This document shows, in pieces, positions 31,330-40,709 of a DNA stretch of 64,000 nucleotides; position 1 is the first letter of the stretch; every line of letters begins with the position of its first letter. This stretch comes from a virus. The position numbers were made by a program, and so were the translations under genes. The stretch lies in the IMG/VR virus record IMGVR_UViG_3300045988_034366, one strand, 5' to 3'. Below the pieces are notes generated by a model. The model searched no databases and was not told the DNA's origin. It worked only from the letters and a program-made list of their open reading frames with translations.

Positions 31330-32727
31330 TTATTTATTTTTAGCTTTAACATTTATAAGTTCAGGAGCACCACCATAGTAGTTATAGACGAAATACACAT
31401 CATAGTTTATGCCATTATAGGCCCCACCCTGATTAGCATTTACTCCTCCCCTTGTGTGCTTGGAATAGAAAATGCCATTATTTGTATCATCAGGGATATT
31501 TTCCTTAGTATTATCATAACATACAGTAGTTATTCCACCTGATGTGAAGGCTGCATATTGTAACTCTACCTTATCTACAGGAACTATTAGGTATGTGTAA
31601 TATCCATTCTGTGGGATAGTAAACTTATTTACCTCAGTACCTGTTATGGTTTTTGACTTTGTGCCTTCTCTCTCCATTAGGGTATTTATAGGAATATCTA
31701 CAAAATCAAAAGGAGACATATAATCTTTTACTACACCATAATAGACACTATTACCTACAACAGGAGGTTGTGTGGAGGTACTTGTAGTGGTTGTAGTACC
31801 TACAGAAATAAATACTGGGTCTATAACTACTGATGTATTATTATAATAAGGAAGCTCAGTAGCAGTATCATTTATTATAACTTTGTCAACTTTCCATCTG
31901 TTATCAGCGCATTCTATTTTATTGATAACATAACCTAACTCAGCAATTGTCACAGAAACATCCTTGTCAGTTACTGAGACTGTATGACTTGCATTATAAG
32001 TAGCTGTATAAGGAATGCTGCCATGCTTAAATAGGAGAATAACAGGTGCTGGAGTTGATGTCGTTGTACTTGATGTCGTTGTACTTGATGTCGTTGTACT
32101 TGATGTCGTTGTACTTGTAGTTGTAGTACTTACTTCTTCATACCTAAGCTCTATGGTGTTAGTACCTGTTGAAGGTATAGTATATTGTAAAATATTACTA
32201 TAGCCAATTAAAGACCCTGCTACATAGAAGCCGCTGAAAGCATATCCAACTACAGCCTGGGCCATTATAGTAACTTTGCTACCTACTTCTACCTTTACTG
32301 GAGTTCCTATCCCAACTAGTTCATTGTCTACATAGGCAGTACTAGCTACTGTAGAACTAAGTATCAGATAAGTAGGCTTAATAGGAGGTTGAGTAGTTGT
32401 ACTTGTAGTAGTTGTTGTGGTTGGCACAATTACAGGCGGAGGAGTAGAACTCCCTCCATCACAACATACACATTCACAGCAAGGTCTATTAGTTGGTAAA
32501 GATACTTCACAAGTGGAACCAAAGAATTGGTATAATAAATCTCGCATCAGCTTAATATCTTCGTTTGTTATATAATATCTTAGCTCAGTGTGAGTGATTT
32601 CATAAATGAAGTCCATGACTAGCATCTTGAATACTACATCATAGCTTTTATAGCCTGTGTGAGCTAAGGTCTTGAAGTATCTTATCAAATTATCATACAT
32701 TAACTCATCCATTGCATCCACATCCAT
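31330..32727 (-). CDS. Multidomain virion surface protein with three poly-Thr linkers and a Cys-rich N-domain (465 aa)
   Basis: CCECVCCDGGSSTPPPVIVPTTTTTTSTTTQPP, then VSTTTTSTTTSSTTTSSTTTSSTTTSTP, then GTTTTTSTSTQPP, each separating beta-rich modules. Confidence 0.6.
   Translation of the reverse strand: MDVDAMDELMYDNLIRYFKTLAHTGYKSYDVVFKMLVMDFIYEITHTELRYYITNEDIKLMRDLLYQFFGSTCEVSLPTNRPCCECVCCDGGSSTPPPVIVPTTTTTTSTTTQPPIKPTYLILSSTVASTAYVDNELVGIGTPVKVEVGSKVTIMAQAVVGYAFSGFYVAGSLIGYSNILQYTIPSTGTNTIELRYEEVSTTTTSTTTSSTTTSSTTTSSTTTSTPAPVILLFKHGSIPYTATYNASHTVSVTDKDVSVTIAELGYVINKIECADNRWKVDKVIINDTATELPYYNNTSVVIDPVFISVGTTTTTSTSTQPPVVGNSVYYGVVKDYMSPFDFVDIPINTLMEREGTKSKTITGTEVNKFTIPQNGYYTYLIVPVDKVELQYAAFTSGGITTVCYDNTKENIPDDTNNGIFYSKHTRGGVNANQGGAYNGINYDVYFVYNYYGGAPELINVKAKNK
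32056..32130 (-). repeat. Tandem 15-nt repeat (4 perfect + 1 degenerate unit) encoding (TTTSS)n
   Basis: TGATGTCGTTGTACT x4 on the plus strand, followed by TGTAGTTGTAGTACT. Confidence 0.9.
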
Positions 32728-33259
32728 TACTAGGTTTAGTACTAATGGAGTTAGTAAACTTCTTCCAATATGTTATGGCTAATGGGGAGTCCCTAGTTTT
32801 AAGACAGATTTGGAATGCTTTATATCTTAGGATAAAGTCAATAAAGGCTCTTGGAATATCACACTTGTGATAGGTCTCACTAAGGTATTTCAAAGCCTTT
32901 CTATAGATGGGGTAAGCGTCTACTCCAACTCCTAAAGTAATAGGAGAGTCTAAACCACAAGGCACATCACAAGAAGGAACTCCTTTTGTAATCACATACA
33001 CAAAGAACATATTACCCTCCATAGTAGGTACTAATAAATCTGTGGCCTTGATAGTCATTTGCACCCTCTTCTGGTTGCCAGAAATAGTGTAAGAGTACAC
33101 TGGATATTTACTTACTCCATCTTTGTTAAAGGTATCTTGTGTATCTACTACTATCTTATCTATATAGACATTCTTAAAGTATGGCATATCCAATACAGAA
33201 CAATCTATATAGATTCCCTTATTACAAGGGATAACAAATAATTTATTAAATTCTACCAT
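32705..33259 (-). CDS. Structural-block protein, unknown function (184 aa)
   Basis: ATG ORF; 23-nt overlap with the downstream gene. Confidence 0.55.
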   Translation of the reverse strand: MVEFNKLFVIPCNKGIYIDCSVLDMPYFKNVYIDKIVVDTQDTFNKDGVSKYPVYSYTISGNQKRVQMTIKATDLLVPTMEGNMFFVYVITKGVPSCDVPCGLDSPITLGVGVDAYPIYRKALKYLSETYHKCDIPRAFIDFILRYKAFQICLKTRDSPLAITYWKKFTNSISTKPSNGCGCNG

Positions 33260-33320
33260 ATCAAGTTCTTTGATTAAAAGAAATAGGTTATAAAACCCTC
33301 ACCCCTTTTATGTCTCTAAG

Positions 33321-34301
33321 TTAGAGAGTTGCAATACTGAGACCTGTAGCAGTGTTGAAGGCTGCAATTACCTTATTAAGTTCTGCCTTATTAGCACATA
33401 CAATTGTAATAGTCTTTTCAGACTTTTGTACTGATTCATTGCTGCCAACATAAGCATAATGAATATCAAATACACAGTATGCCTTAGCTGGGTCTACAAG
33501 ATAAGTAGTAGGTATGTTGTGAGGCCATCCTACTTGTCTGTACATATCTCCTCTCTCACCCATACAGAAGTATTCAAGGTCTGCAATAGTCTTACCATTG
33601 CCAATAGAACCACTTGTACTTTCTGTTAGAGTAGCCCAATATCTTTCATCACCATTTACAGTAACAGGTACTGATTGTACTGTGAAGTAAACAGGGGTTT
33701 GAGCCATAACTCCAAGTCTCCAAGGTTGCTCAACTTCAGTAATAACTACTCCAGTGTAAGTACCTGTGAGGTCTGCTACCTTAGTTGTAGGAGTTACCTC
33801 TGTAGTTGCAGATGCAGTCTTAATCTCAATCTTGATAAGAGGAACTACTTCTCTGCTGAAGTTCTTAGCCAGAGAGACTGCAAGAACCTTATAGAACTCA
33901 CTTGCATCCATGCCAGCATAAGCATGTACCATACCATACTTGAAGTACTGGTCTTCATCTGACATACCTACATATTGCTTGAATGCAATTCTTAGGATGT
34001 AATCCTGTCCTGCAACAGGAGCACCACCATTGACATTTGAATCAAGAGCTATAGTTACTGACTTAAGGTCATGTGCCATAGCAGTTGCATCAGTAGCCTT
34101 TGCATAAAGGATATTCTTTGTGTCAATTAGGTCACTTCTCATTAAGTTATCAGCACCCTTGTACTCAAAATACAGATGGCTCTTGGCAGTATCATTCTTT
34201 ACTGCAATAGAACCAGCAGCATCTGAAGCAAGCACATGAGGAGTCTTGAATGCTGTTGCTACATAAAGTTGTCTTACTTGATTTACACTAAATGTCGCCA
34301 T
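33321..34301 (-). CDS. Capsid-associated structural protein (auxiliary/decoration candidate, 326 aa)
   Basis: ATG ORF, fourth gene after the putative MCP. The assignment rests on position only. Confidence 0.4.
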   Translation of the reverse strand: MATFSVNQVRQLYVATAFKTPHVLASDAAGSIAVKNDTAKSHLYFEYKGADNLMRSDLIDTKNILYAKATDATAMAHDLKSVTIALDSNVNGGAPVAGQDYILRIAFKQYVGMSDEDQYFKYGMVHAYAGMDASEFYKVLAVSLAKNFSREVVPLIKIEIKTASATTEVTPTTKVADLTGTYTGVVITEVEQPWRLGVMAQTPVYFTVQSVPVTVNGDERYWATLTESTSGSIGNGKTIADLEYFCMGERGDMYRQVGWPHNIPTTYLVDPAKAYCVFDIHYAYVGSNESVQKSEKTITIVCANKAELNKVIAAFNTATGLSIATL

Positions 34302-34332
34302 TTTAATTTGAAATTAAATTATACAATAGATT

Positions 34333-35028
34333 TTATTTTCCTGCACTTGGAACCCTACTTATGATGGCAAGCCTAACTGCTCTCTCAAGTATTGCTCTAT
34401 GTATTACAGGGTTCAGTCCACATTCTGTTTTTTTATTGATACCGTTGATTGACAAATCATTTGGTAAGTCATTCAGTATAATTGGGTTTGGTCTTGAAAG
34501 GTATCTGACAAGATAACTAGCCACATTATACTTTGAAACTATTTCAACTGCCTCTTCATTAAGGTCAAGCCTTAAGGCTCTCCTCTCATTAGAACCCCTA
34601 AATGGATTTTTCCTTATCCTATGGTATTCATCCTGTGTAACAGGAGTTACACAAACATCTTCTCCACTCTTGCATCCTAATCCATCATCTTTCAAATCAA
34701 CTGCCTCATAGGTTATAAACCATAAGTCTTTGGGCAGCTTAAAGAATACTGAGTGCTTAGATAGTCCCTTATATGTAGTTTCCTTAATAGGGGTAGTGTA
34801 AGTTTTAATTAGGCCACTCAAGTATCTTCTGACTTCCTCAGTCTTTTCAAATGAGTCTCCAAATGTATTCTTACCATTGTACATATCTATTACCACATCT
34901 TCTTGTGCTTTGGTGAGAAAAACTGACTTCTCATATTCATCCAGCTCAATGGTATTAGGGGTTTTCTTTGTATTAGAGTAGCTGTTCAGTAAGGCATCAA
35001 ACTCATTGGAAAATTCTTCAGTAGTCAT
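34333..35028 (-). CDS. Head/neck protein, paralog B (231 aa)
   Basis: N-terminus MTTEEFSNEFDALLN...LDEYEKSVFLTKAQ and C-terminus IHRAILERAVRLA parallel the upstream gene. Confidence 0.55.
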   Translation of the reverse strand: MTTEEFSNEFDALLNSYSNTKKTPNTIELDEYEKSVFLTKAQEDVVIDMYNGKNTFGDSFEKTEEVRRYLSGLIKTYTTPIKETTYKGLSKHSVFFKLPKDLWFITYEAVDLKDDGLGCKSGEDVCVTPVTQDEYHRIRKNPFRGSNERRALRLDLNEEAVEIVSKYNVASYLVRYLSRPNPIILNDLPNDLSINGINKKTECGLNPVIHRAILERAVRLAIISRVPSAGK

Positions 35029-35759
35029 TATTCACTCCTTTGTCCTAATTCAACATCACTTTTTAGGTCTCCTGCATAAGCAGCTCTAGCTAGCTCTACT
35101 GCCCTCTGTAGTATCTCAGGATGTGTCTCAGAGTCTAGCTCACAGCCCATTGCTTTTGTTTCCTTATTGATTGACAAGTCAGTTCCATCAAGATTTTCAA
35201 GTATAATAGGCTTAGGGTGCTTGACATATCTTATGTGATAGCCATTAGGGCTAACACTATTAAGATGTCCTACAATCAAGTTAATGTCATCTTCCCCATT
35301 GATTATTCTCCATGCCTGATTCTTCAAAGGTTGTTTGTAGGGCTTAGATGATACTCTAAGATATTCATCATACTTTATAGGTATGACCTGTAATCTGTAT
35401 TTCCTATCATCATCTTTCTTTGTGACATCCACAACCTCATTTACTACTACAAAAACATCATCAGGCCAAGTAATCTTATATGCACCAGTTACATTTCCAA
35501 AGAATGATGTAGGAGCAGGGGCAGTACCAGAAGAGGCATAAGTCTTCATAAGTTTAGAGAAGTCCACTTGCCTCTTCTGAGAACCATCAAAGCCCTCCTG
35601 ATACTTATTACCTTTAGGATTAAAGTAGTTCTTAATAATCTCACTCTGAGCCTTAGTTAAGAAGACTGATTTCTCATATTCATCTAAGCCTGGAGCTTGG
35701 TTAGACATTACATTGTTGTATAGAACATCAAACTCATTTGAAAATTCTGGTATAGTCAT
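35028..35759 (-). CDS. Head/neck protein, paralog A (243 aa)
   Basis: MTIPEFSNEFDVLYN...LDEYEKSVFLTKAQ...THPEILQRAVELA; TAATG overlap with paralog B. Confidence 0.55.
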   Translation of the reverse strand: MTIPEFSNEFDVLYNNVMSNQAPGLDEYEKSVFLTKAQSEIIKNYFNPKGNKYQEGFDGSQKRQVDFSKLMKTYASSGTAPAPTSFFGNVTGAYKITWPDDVFVVVNEVVDVTKKDDDRKYRLQVIPIKYDEYLRVSSKPYKQPLKNQAWRIINGEDDINLIVGHLNSVSPNGYHIRYVKHPKPIILENLDGTDLSINKETKAMGCELDSETHPEILQRAVELARAAYAGDLKSDVELGQRSE

Positions 35760-35760
35760 A

Positions 35761-36786
35761 TTACTTTAATTTAGCTTCCAATGCAAACTTTACTTCTTGA
35801 TGCTTAGGAGAGTTCAAGTACTTAGCTGCTATATTGAGAGTAGGCTCTTCATTTGCCTCACACAGAGGAGAATTGTCAGCTCTCAAATACAGGTAATTGC
35901 CTCTATTAGAAATTAAGCCAGCTTCTATAGCCTTCTTAATAAGAACCTTTGTAGGAAGCATTGGGTCAGTAATTACTCTTAAGAATATCTTACTGTCATG
36001 CTGTATAAGTTCATTAACCTTAGTCTGCAAGAACTCTAACTTAGCAGTCTTAGATGTAGGTCTGCCATCAATTGTTTCTACAATAACCCTCAGAGTGTCA
36101 AAATCATCCTCGATTTTTCCAAACTCCTTGTAGCATCTCATTGTAGCACTCATATTACTCTTGGCAGTCTTAGTTTCCTCTCCTTCTGAGATAATAACAA
36201 ACTGGTAAGTAGCTTTTGGGGTATCTTGCAGTGCCTGCAATGAAGGAGCAATAAAATCCTTATTAGCCAGCAATATCTTATATCTAATGTAGTCTTCTGG
36301 GTCAGATAGATTGAGGTAGTTATCCTGCTTAGTCAATCTAACCTTACTGATTCCCTTCTCATTACTATCATCCCAAAAGTTATCTACCTTCTTGTAGATG
36401 CTTAAAGCATTATACTCTAGTCCCATAATCTCTTCAAGGAATGCCTTTTCCTTATCTGTAAGGACATTGACAAACATACCTGAAGATAGTCTAGGAACTA
36501 CAAAGGTTCTGCTAGCTCCCTCTGCCATACCTCCTGCAAGGATATGCTTAGGGTTATTACCCCACATACCTGTCAGTTTAGGCACATGCCTTACAATAAT
36601 CTTCTCATTCCTCAAACAGCTGACTACTTGGTCTGAGGGTTCTTCAATTTTTCTAGACCTCTTAGGTCTTTCAGGGGCAACTTCATTGCCCTTTACTTCT
36701 TGTAAAGGGGTTTCCATATCAGCACTATCTAAGTCAAAATCAGGTGCTGTATAGTCTACCTTCTCTTCCATCTTTTCTTTTGCCAT
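35761..36786 (-). CDS. Structural-block protein, unknown function (341 aa)
   Basis: ATG ORF directly after the terminator that follows the MCP gene. Confidence 0.55.
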   Translation of the reverse strand: MAKEKMEEKVDYTAPDFDLDSADMETPLQEVKGNEVAPERPKRSRKIEEPSDQVVSCLRNEKIIVRHVPKLTGMWGNNPKHILAGGMAEGASRTFVVPRLSSGMFVNVLTDKEKAFLEEIMGLEYNALSIYKKVDNFWDDSNEKGISKVRLTKQDNYLNLSDPEDYIRYKILLANKDFIAPSLQALQDTPKATYQFVIISEGEETKTAKSNMSATMRCYKEFGKIEDDFDTLRVIVETIDGRPTSKTAKLEFLQTKVNELIQHDSKIFLRVITDPMLPTKVLIKKAIEAGLISNRGNYLYLRADNSPLCEANEEPTLNIAAKYLNSPKHQEVKFALEAKLK

Positions 36787-36797
36787 AACTTCTCCGT

Positions 36798-36846
36798 AGT
36801 TTATAAAAATAAAGGGGAGAAGGAGAGTAACCCCCTCTCCTCCTTT
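36798..36846 (-). terminator. Hairpin terminator/attenuator after the major capsid gene
   Basis: GC-rich imperfect stem GGAGAG...CTCTCC with extensions; TTTATTTTTAT follows on the minus strand. Confidence 0.55.
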
Positions 36847-36856
36847 GGAATTATGA

Positions 36857-38368
36857 TTAGCCCTGTAGAACAGCAGGGATTAGTGACATAGTTCTTGTTG
36901 GGTCAAGAACACAGATACCAAGAGTAGCCATTCTGTGGATTACAGCAGAATCCTCATCAAATGACATATAAGGATTACCCTTTTGACCTGTGAATGGATT
37001 TCTCAATCCCCACTGATAACCTCTGTATTCATTATCACCCTTAATCTTACACTTAAAGATATTAGGTTGGTCCATAGTACCAATGTACATAATATCATAT
37101 CTGTAAGAGAAGGCAACACCTCCATTTGGATGGAGAATCTTGTTTCTTACGGGGTCATCATAGAATGGGTCTACATCAATCTTAACCCTTACTCCATTAG
37201 GAGCTTTGTATTCTACAAATTGGAAACCAGCACTTAATGAGTTCTGATGAAGCTGTGATTGAGTCTTCTGTACAACTCCAATAGAGTTGTTATCAAGAAC
37301 AAACTGAGTCCAACCTGATACAGTCTTAAGTACTTCCTTGTGGAATTGGATAGCACCTCTTTCACCAGTCTTAATGAGGAAGTATCTATCACCAAAGTCC
37401 AACTTAGCAGCACTTAGCTCATATAGAGCATCTTCAAGAAGCTTCAAACTAAATGTGTTGTAATACATAGTATTAGCAACTTCCATTTGCTCAAATAAGC
37501 CAGCACCTGTCTTAATAGCATTACCTGACTTACCAAAGTTCATGTACTCACCATTCTGATTTTTGTTGCTTCTACCAAAAGCAAGGGCATTGTTCTTGTA
37601 TTCAGAGAACTGCTGTTCTACTTCCCAGTCTACATTGTGCATCCACATTGTAGCAACTGACTTAGTGTATCTACCCTCTGTTTCCTTAGTGATAGGAATA
37701 CCAACAGCCAGCTTCTTATTCAGCATAGAACCTTCAACCTTGTGTTGGATTCTGACTACAGACCACTCATTTCTCATAGAAACAGGGCTTATAAATCTTA
37801 CATCACCAACCTTTCTTGAAAGCTCCTTCTCAACAAATGCAGCCTCAACTGAGAATCTCTCACCTGCAAGTAATCTTTCAGCAGGAACACCTGCTGTGTT
37901 ACCTCCAGCAAGCTCTACCTTGTAAACTGCATTAGTACCCTCCATTCTTGGGTCTCCGAGGATTCTGAATTGATAGACTTCATTCAGACTACCTACAATG
38001 TACTCACCATCAGCAAACCAGTCCTCAGGAAATACTAAGTAGAAAGGTGCAGTACCTACACCCACCATTCCTGAATCATTAGTTATAGGTGTACCATTTT
38101 CATCTCTTGCCTCTAAAAGAGGAATGTTTCTTCTTGAAGAACCAATAACATCCCAGTAGTACTCATTGTCATCCTCAAATTCTCTTGTTGGGAATTGGTT
38201 TAGGAATGTGTCAAGGGTCTTTCCTCTGTAGTAAGCTAACAGTTGCACCATTAGGTTTGTAGCCTTTTGTGGAGCTAACTGAAAGATAGAACCAAGGTGG
38301 TTTTCCTTAGTAAGTCCCTTCCAGTGCTGGAAGCCTACCATTTGAAACTTACCTAATTTTCCAGCCAT
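36857..38368 (-). CDS. Major capsid protein candidate (503 aa)
   Basis: ATG ORF immediately downstream of the scaffold-like gene and followed by a terminator. Size fits crAss-like HK97-fold MCPs. No alignment was possible. Confidence 0.6.
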   Translation of the reverse strand: MAGKLGKFQMVGFQHWKGLTKENHLGSIFQLAPQKATNLMVQLLAYYRGKTLDTFLNQFPTREFEDDNEYYWDVIGSSRRNIPLLEARDENGTPITNDSGMVGVGTAPFYLVFPEDWFADGEYIVGSLNEVYQFRILGDPRMEGTNAVYKVELAGGNTAGVPAERLLAGERFSVEAAFVEKELSRKVGDVRFISPVSMRNEWSVVRIQHKVEGSMLNKKLAVGIPITKETEGRYTKSVATMWMHNVDWEVEQQFSEYKNNALAFGRSNKNQNGEYMNFGKSGNAIKTGAGLFEQMEVANTMYYNTFSLKLLEDALYELSAAKLDFGDRYFLIKTGERGAIQFHKEVLKTVSGWTQFVLDNNSIGVVQKTQSQLHQNSLSAGFQFVEYKAPNGVRVKIDVDPFYDDPVRNKILHPNGGVAFSYRYDIMYIGTMDQPNIFKCKIKGDNEYRGYQWGLRNPFTGQKGNPYMSFDEDSAVIHRMATLGICVLDPTRTMSLIPAVLQG

Positions 38369-38410
38369 AAATAATTTAATTTATCAGTTATTTAGTTTAC
38401 ATCTCTGGGC

Positions 38411-39577
38411 TTAGACATCTAACTTCCACCCCTTCCCAATAAAGGATTCAGGGTCCTCATCAACTCCACTTGCATATTTCAGACTACCATCTGAGGTTCT
38501 TGCAGTATTGTTAAGAGTATTTTCCAGCTCTCTAAGACCTTTCTTTACTTCTTTCTTTACTTTACCTTTCACTAAACCATCAAGATTCTTAAAGCCATCA
38601 GTTAGTGTAAAGATTAGACCTATATTCTTTAGGAAATCTACTCTGTTCTCCATTTCATACCTTTGAATAGCAGTGTAGTATCTCCCAGTTTCAGGGTCTT
38701 TATAAACAGGCTTTGATATATTATCATATATCCTTTGTCTAGTTGCCTTATCTACAGACAACTCTCCAAAGACTTCCTTATCATTAAGGATAGATGTCTT
38801 CAGTTTTTCAGCCTGCCCTTTCCTTTCCTTCTCTTCCTGTTCTGCTTCTGCTTTTGCCTCATTGACAAGTTCATCATACTTGTCTTTGAAGAAATCCATA
38901 TTGCTTTTCAAAGCCTCTTTAGCATCTTCAATATCGGTTCCAGCATTAAGGGATTTCTGCACTTCTCTTGCAGCTCTTTCCTTGCTATAACCTCTATTGA
39001 TAAAATCTTGATAGATTAGGTCTTTTCTAAGTTTTTCACCCTTATCACTTTCATCAGAGATAGACTCTTCCTCAATACTATCAAGGAAGTCGATTGTATT
39101 TTCATATTTCTTAATCTCTGTAGGCTCTACTCCAGCAGTCAAAGCTTCATCAATTCTCTTCTGTCTTTCATCAAGACCAGCTTTTATTTGCTGCTCAATT
39201 AAGTCTCTAAAGTCTTCAGGCTCTTTAATCTTAGAATAAGACTCATCATCAAGGTCAGGGAAGATACCCTCCTCCTTCAAGGCTTTAGCAATGGAAGAGT
39301 AGAAGTTTTTGGGAGAAGTACCATCACCTTTCGGAGTGGTATCTTCCTTTTCCTCTTTATTATCTTTTCCACCACCTACGCTCTCTGGTTCAGTAAATAA
39401 AGTATCTACATCAACCTCAGTAGTTTCATCTTTTTCTTTGCTATCATGGTTCTCTTCAGAACCATCTTCTCCACTCTCTTTACTAGGAGGTGGAGTTTCC
39501 TGTGCATCATCTTCTACAAACAGATTATCTATTTCCTCTGCTCCTAAGATGTTATCTAAGCTAAGTTCTTCTTCCAT
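38411..39577 (-). CDS. Scaffolding protein candidate (388 aa)
   Basis: Highly acidic, low-complexity N-terminus and K/E-rich helical remainder. Sits directly upstream of the MCP candidate with its own -7 box. Confidence 0.5.
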   Translation of the reverse strand: MEEELSLDNILGAEEIDNLFVEDDAQETPPPSKESGEDGSEENHDSKEKDETTEVDVDTLFTEPESVGGGKDNKEEKEDTTPKGDGTSPKNFYSSIAKALKEEGIFPDLDDESYSKIKEPEDFRDLIEQQIKAGLDERQKRIDEALTAGVEPTEIKKYENTIDFLDSIEEESISDESDKGEKLRKDLIYQDFINRGYSKERAAREVQKSLNAGTDIEDAKEALKSNMDFFKDKYDELVNEAKAEAEQEEKERKGQAEKLKTSILNDKEVFGELSVDKATRQRIYDNISKPVYKDPETGRYYTAIQRYEMENRVDFLKNIGLIFTLTDGFKNLDGLVKGKVKKEVKKGLRELENTLNNTARTSDGSLKYASGVDEDPESFIGKGWKLDV

Positions 39578-39610
39578 ATACTTCTCGTCTTAGTGTTATC
39601 TTAAACAGGT

Positions 39611-39618
39611 GCAAAGAT
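39611..39618 (-). promoter_or_regulatory. Bacteroidota-type -7 box (TATCTTTGCAC) for the scaffold/MCP unit
   Basis: TAnnTTTG match about 33 nt upstream of the ATG at 39577. Confidence 0.55.
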
Positions 39619-39731
39619 AGATAAAATTTTATTTGCCTACAATACAGTAAATAAATTACTTTGAATATACAAGTATAATATTTATATAATAGGCAAAAAG
39701 AAAGGGCAGGATGCTATCCTGCCCAATCAAA

Positions 39732-40202
39732 TCAGTGTTCCCTAAAATATTCTACTACCTTATTCTCAGACTTACTGTCAGCATCCTTAAACCAGAATAC
39801 TATGGCAGATTCAATCACTTTCTGCTCTATACCATCTGTAAACCAACTCCTAAACAATTCAGCATAATCATGGTATTGAGAGTTGATAGCTACATACACA
39901 TCAGTAGCTGTTACAGATGTTGGGAGTATTCCCCTATATCTTTCACAAACTTCCTTAGCCTTGTGCATATCAAACTTCTCTCCACTATATTTTCTGCCAT
40001 TCTCAGTGTGATACATTCTAGATACGAGATACTCTGCTTCAGATTCACTGAAGTGGTCTCCTCTAGACATAGAGTCTCTCATATATCTCATGACTCTATC
40101 CATATCATCACTTCTCATGTGGTCTCTAAACTTGTCTGAGAGTCTTTCATTTCTTGGGTCAAGCATATCCATGAACTCATCAGGGCTATTATGTCTTCTC
40201 AT
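39732..40202 (-). CDS. Hypothetical protein (156 aa), own promoter
   Basis: ATG ORF with a -7 box upstream. Preferred over the antisense ORF 39711-40139. Confidence 0.55.
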   Translation of the reverse strand: MRRHNSPDEFMDMLDPRNERLSDKFRDHMRSDDMDRVMRYMRDSMSRGDHFSESEAEYLVSRMYHTENGRKYSGEKFDMHKAKEVCERYRGILPTSVTATDVYVAINSQYHDYAELFRSWFTDGIEQKVIESAIVFWFKDADSKSENKVVEYFREH

Positions 40203-40252
40203 ATAGAAGTAGTCTAGTTATACGGTTTTATCTCTTTGTAAACGTTTACAAG

Positions 40253-40260
40253 TGCAAAGA
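40253..40260 (-). promoter_or_regulatory. Bacteroidota-type -7 box (TATCTTTGCAC) for gene 39732-40202
   Basis: TAnnTTTG match about 50 nt upstream of the ATG at 40202. Confidence 0.5.
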
Positions 40261-40367
40261 TATACAACTAATTTCAGAATACCTATCATTACTAATTAGC
40301 CCCATAACTCTATGAGTTACAGGGCTTTTATTTAGCATTATGTTGCTGATTCAAAAAAAAAGCAGCC

Positions 40368-40709
40368 CTACTTGGCTGCTTTATCATGTTTATAGAAAAC
40401 ATCTGTTATCTTATTGTATATATAAGTAAGGAGATAGGCATCAACTTCATCATTATCCCTTTGTGGTTCATATCCTATATATCTCCATATAGCATTCTTG
40501 ACATGCTCTGACTCATGAGCAATACTGCTTCCCCTCTTGGCATTTACAGCTACAAGAGATGCACCATAATTATGTATAGTGATTGCATTTGCCTCTGTTT
40601 CCATTTCATCAGCAGGCAAAAACTTATCACATTCCTTCCACTTATCAAATATAACTATTGTCAGCTTATAGTTGAATATAGGGATTGTTATTTTCTTTTG
40701 GGTTATCAT
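40368..40709 (-). CDS. Small HExxH zinc-metallopeptidase-like protein (113 aa)
   Basis: SSIAHESEHVKNAIWRYIG contains HExxH. ATGA overlap with the upstream HTH gene. Confidence 0.45.
   Translation of the reverse strand: MITQKKITIPIFNYKLTIVIFDKWKECDKFLPADEMETEANAITIHNYGASLVAVNAKRGSSIAHESEHVKNAIWRYIGYEPQRDNDEVDAYLLTYIYNKITDVFYKHDKAAK

Noticed and set aside
39711-40139. Plus-strand 142-aa ORF opposite gene 39732-40202.
   Set aside because: The minus-strand ORF has an ATG, a -7 box 50 nt upstream and a normal charged composition. The plus-strand translation is hydrophobic and low-complexity, with no upstream signal.
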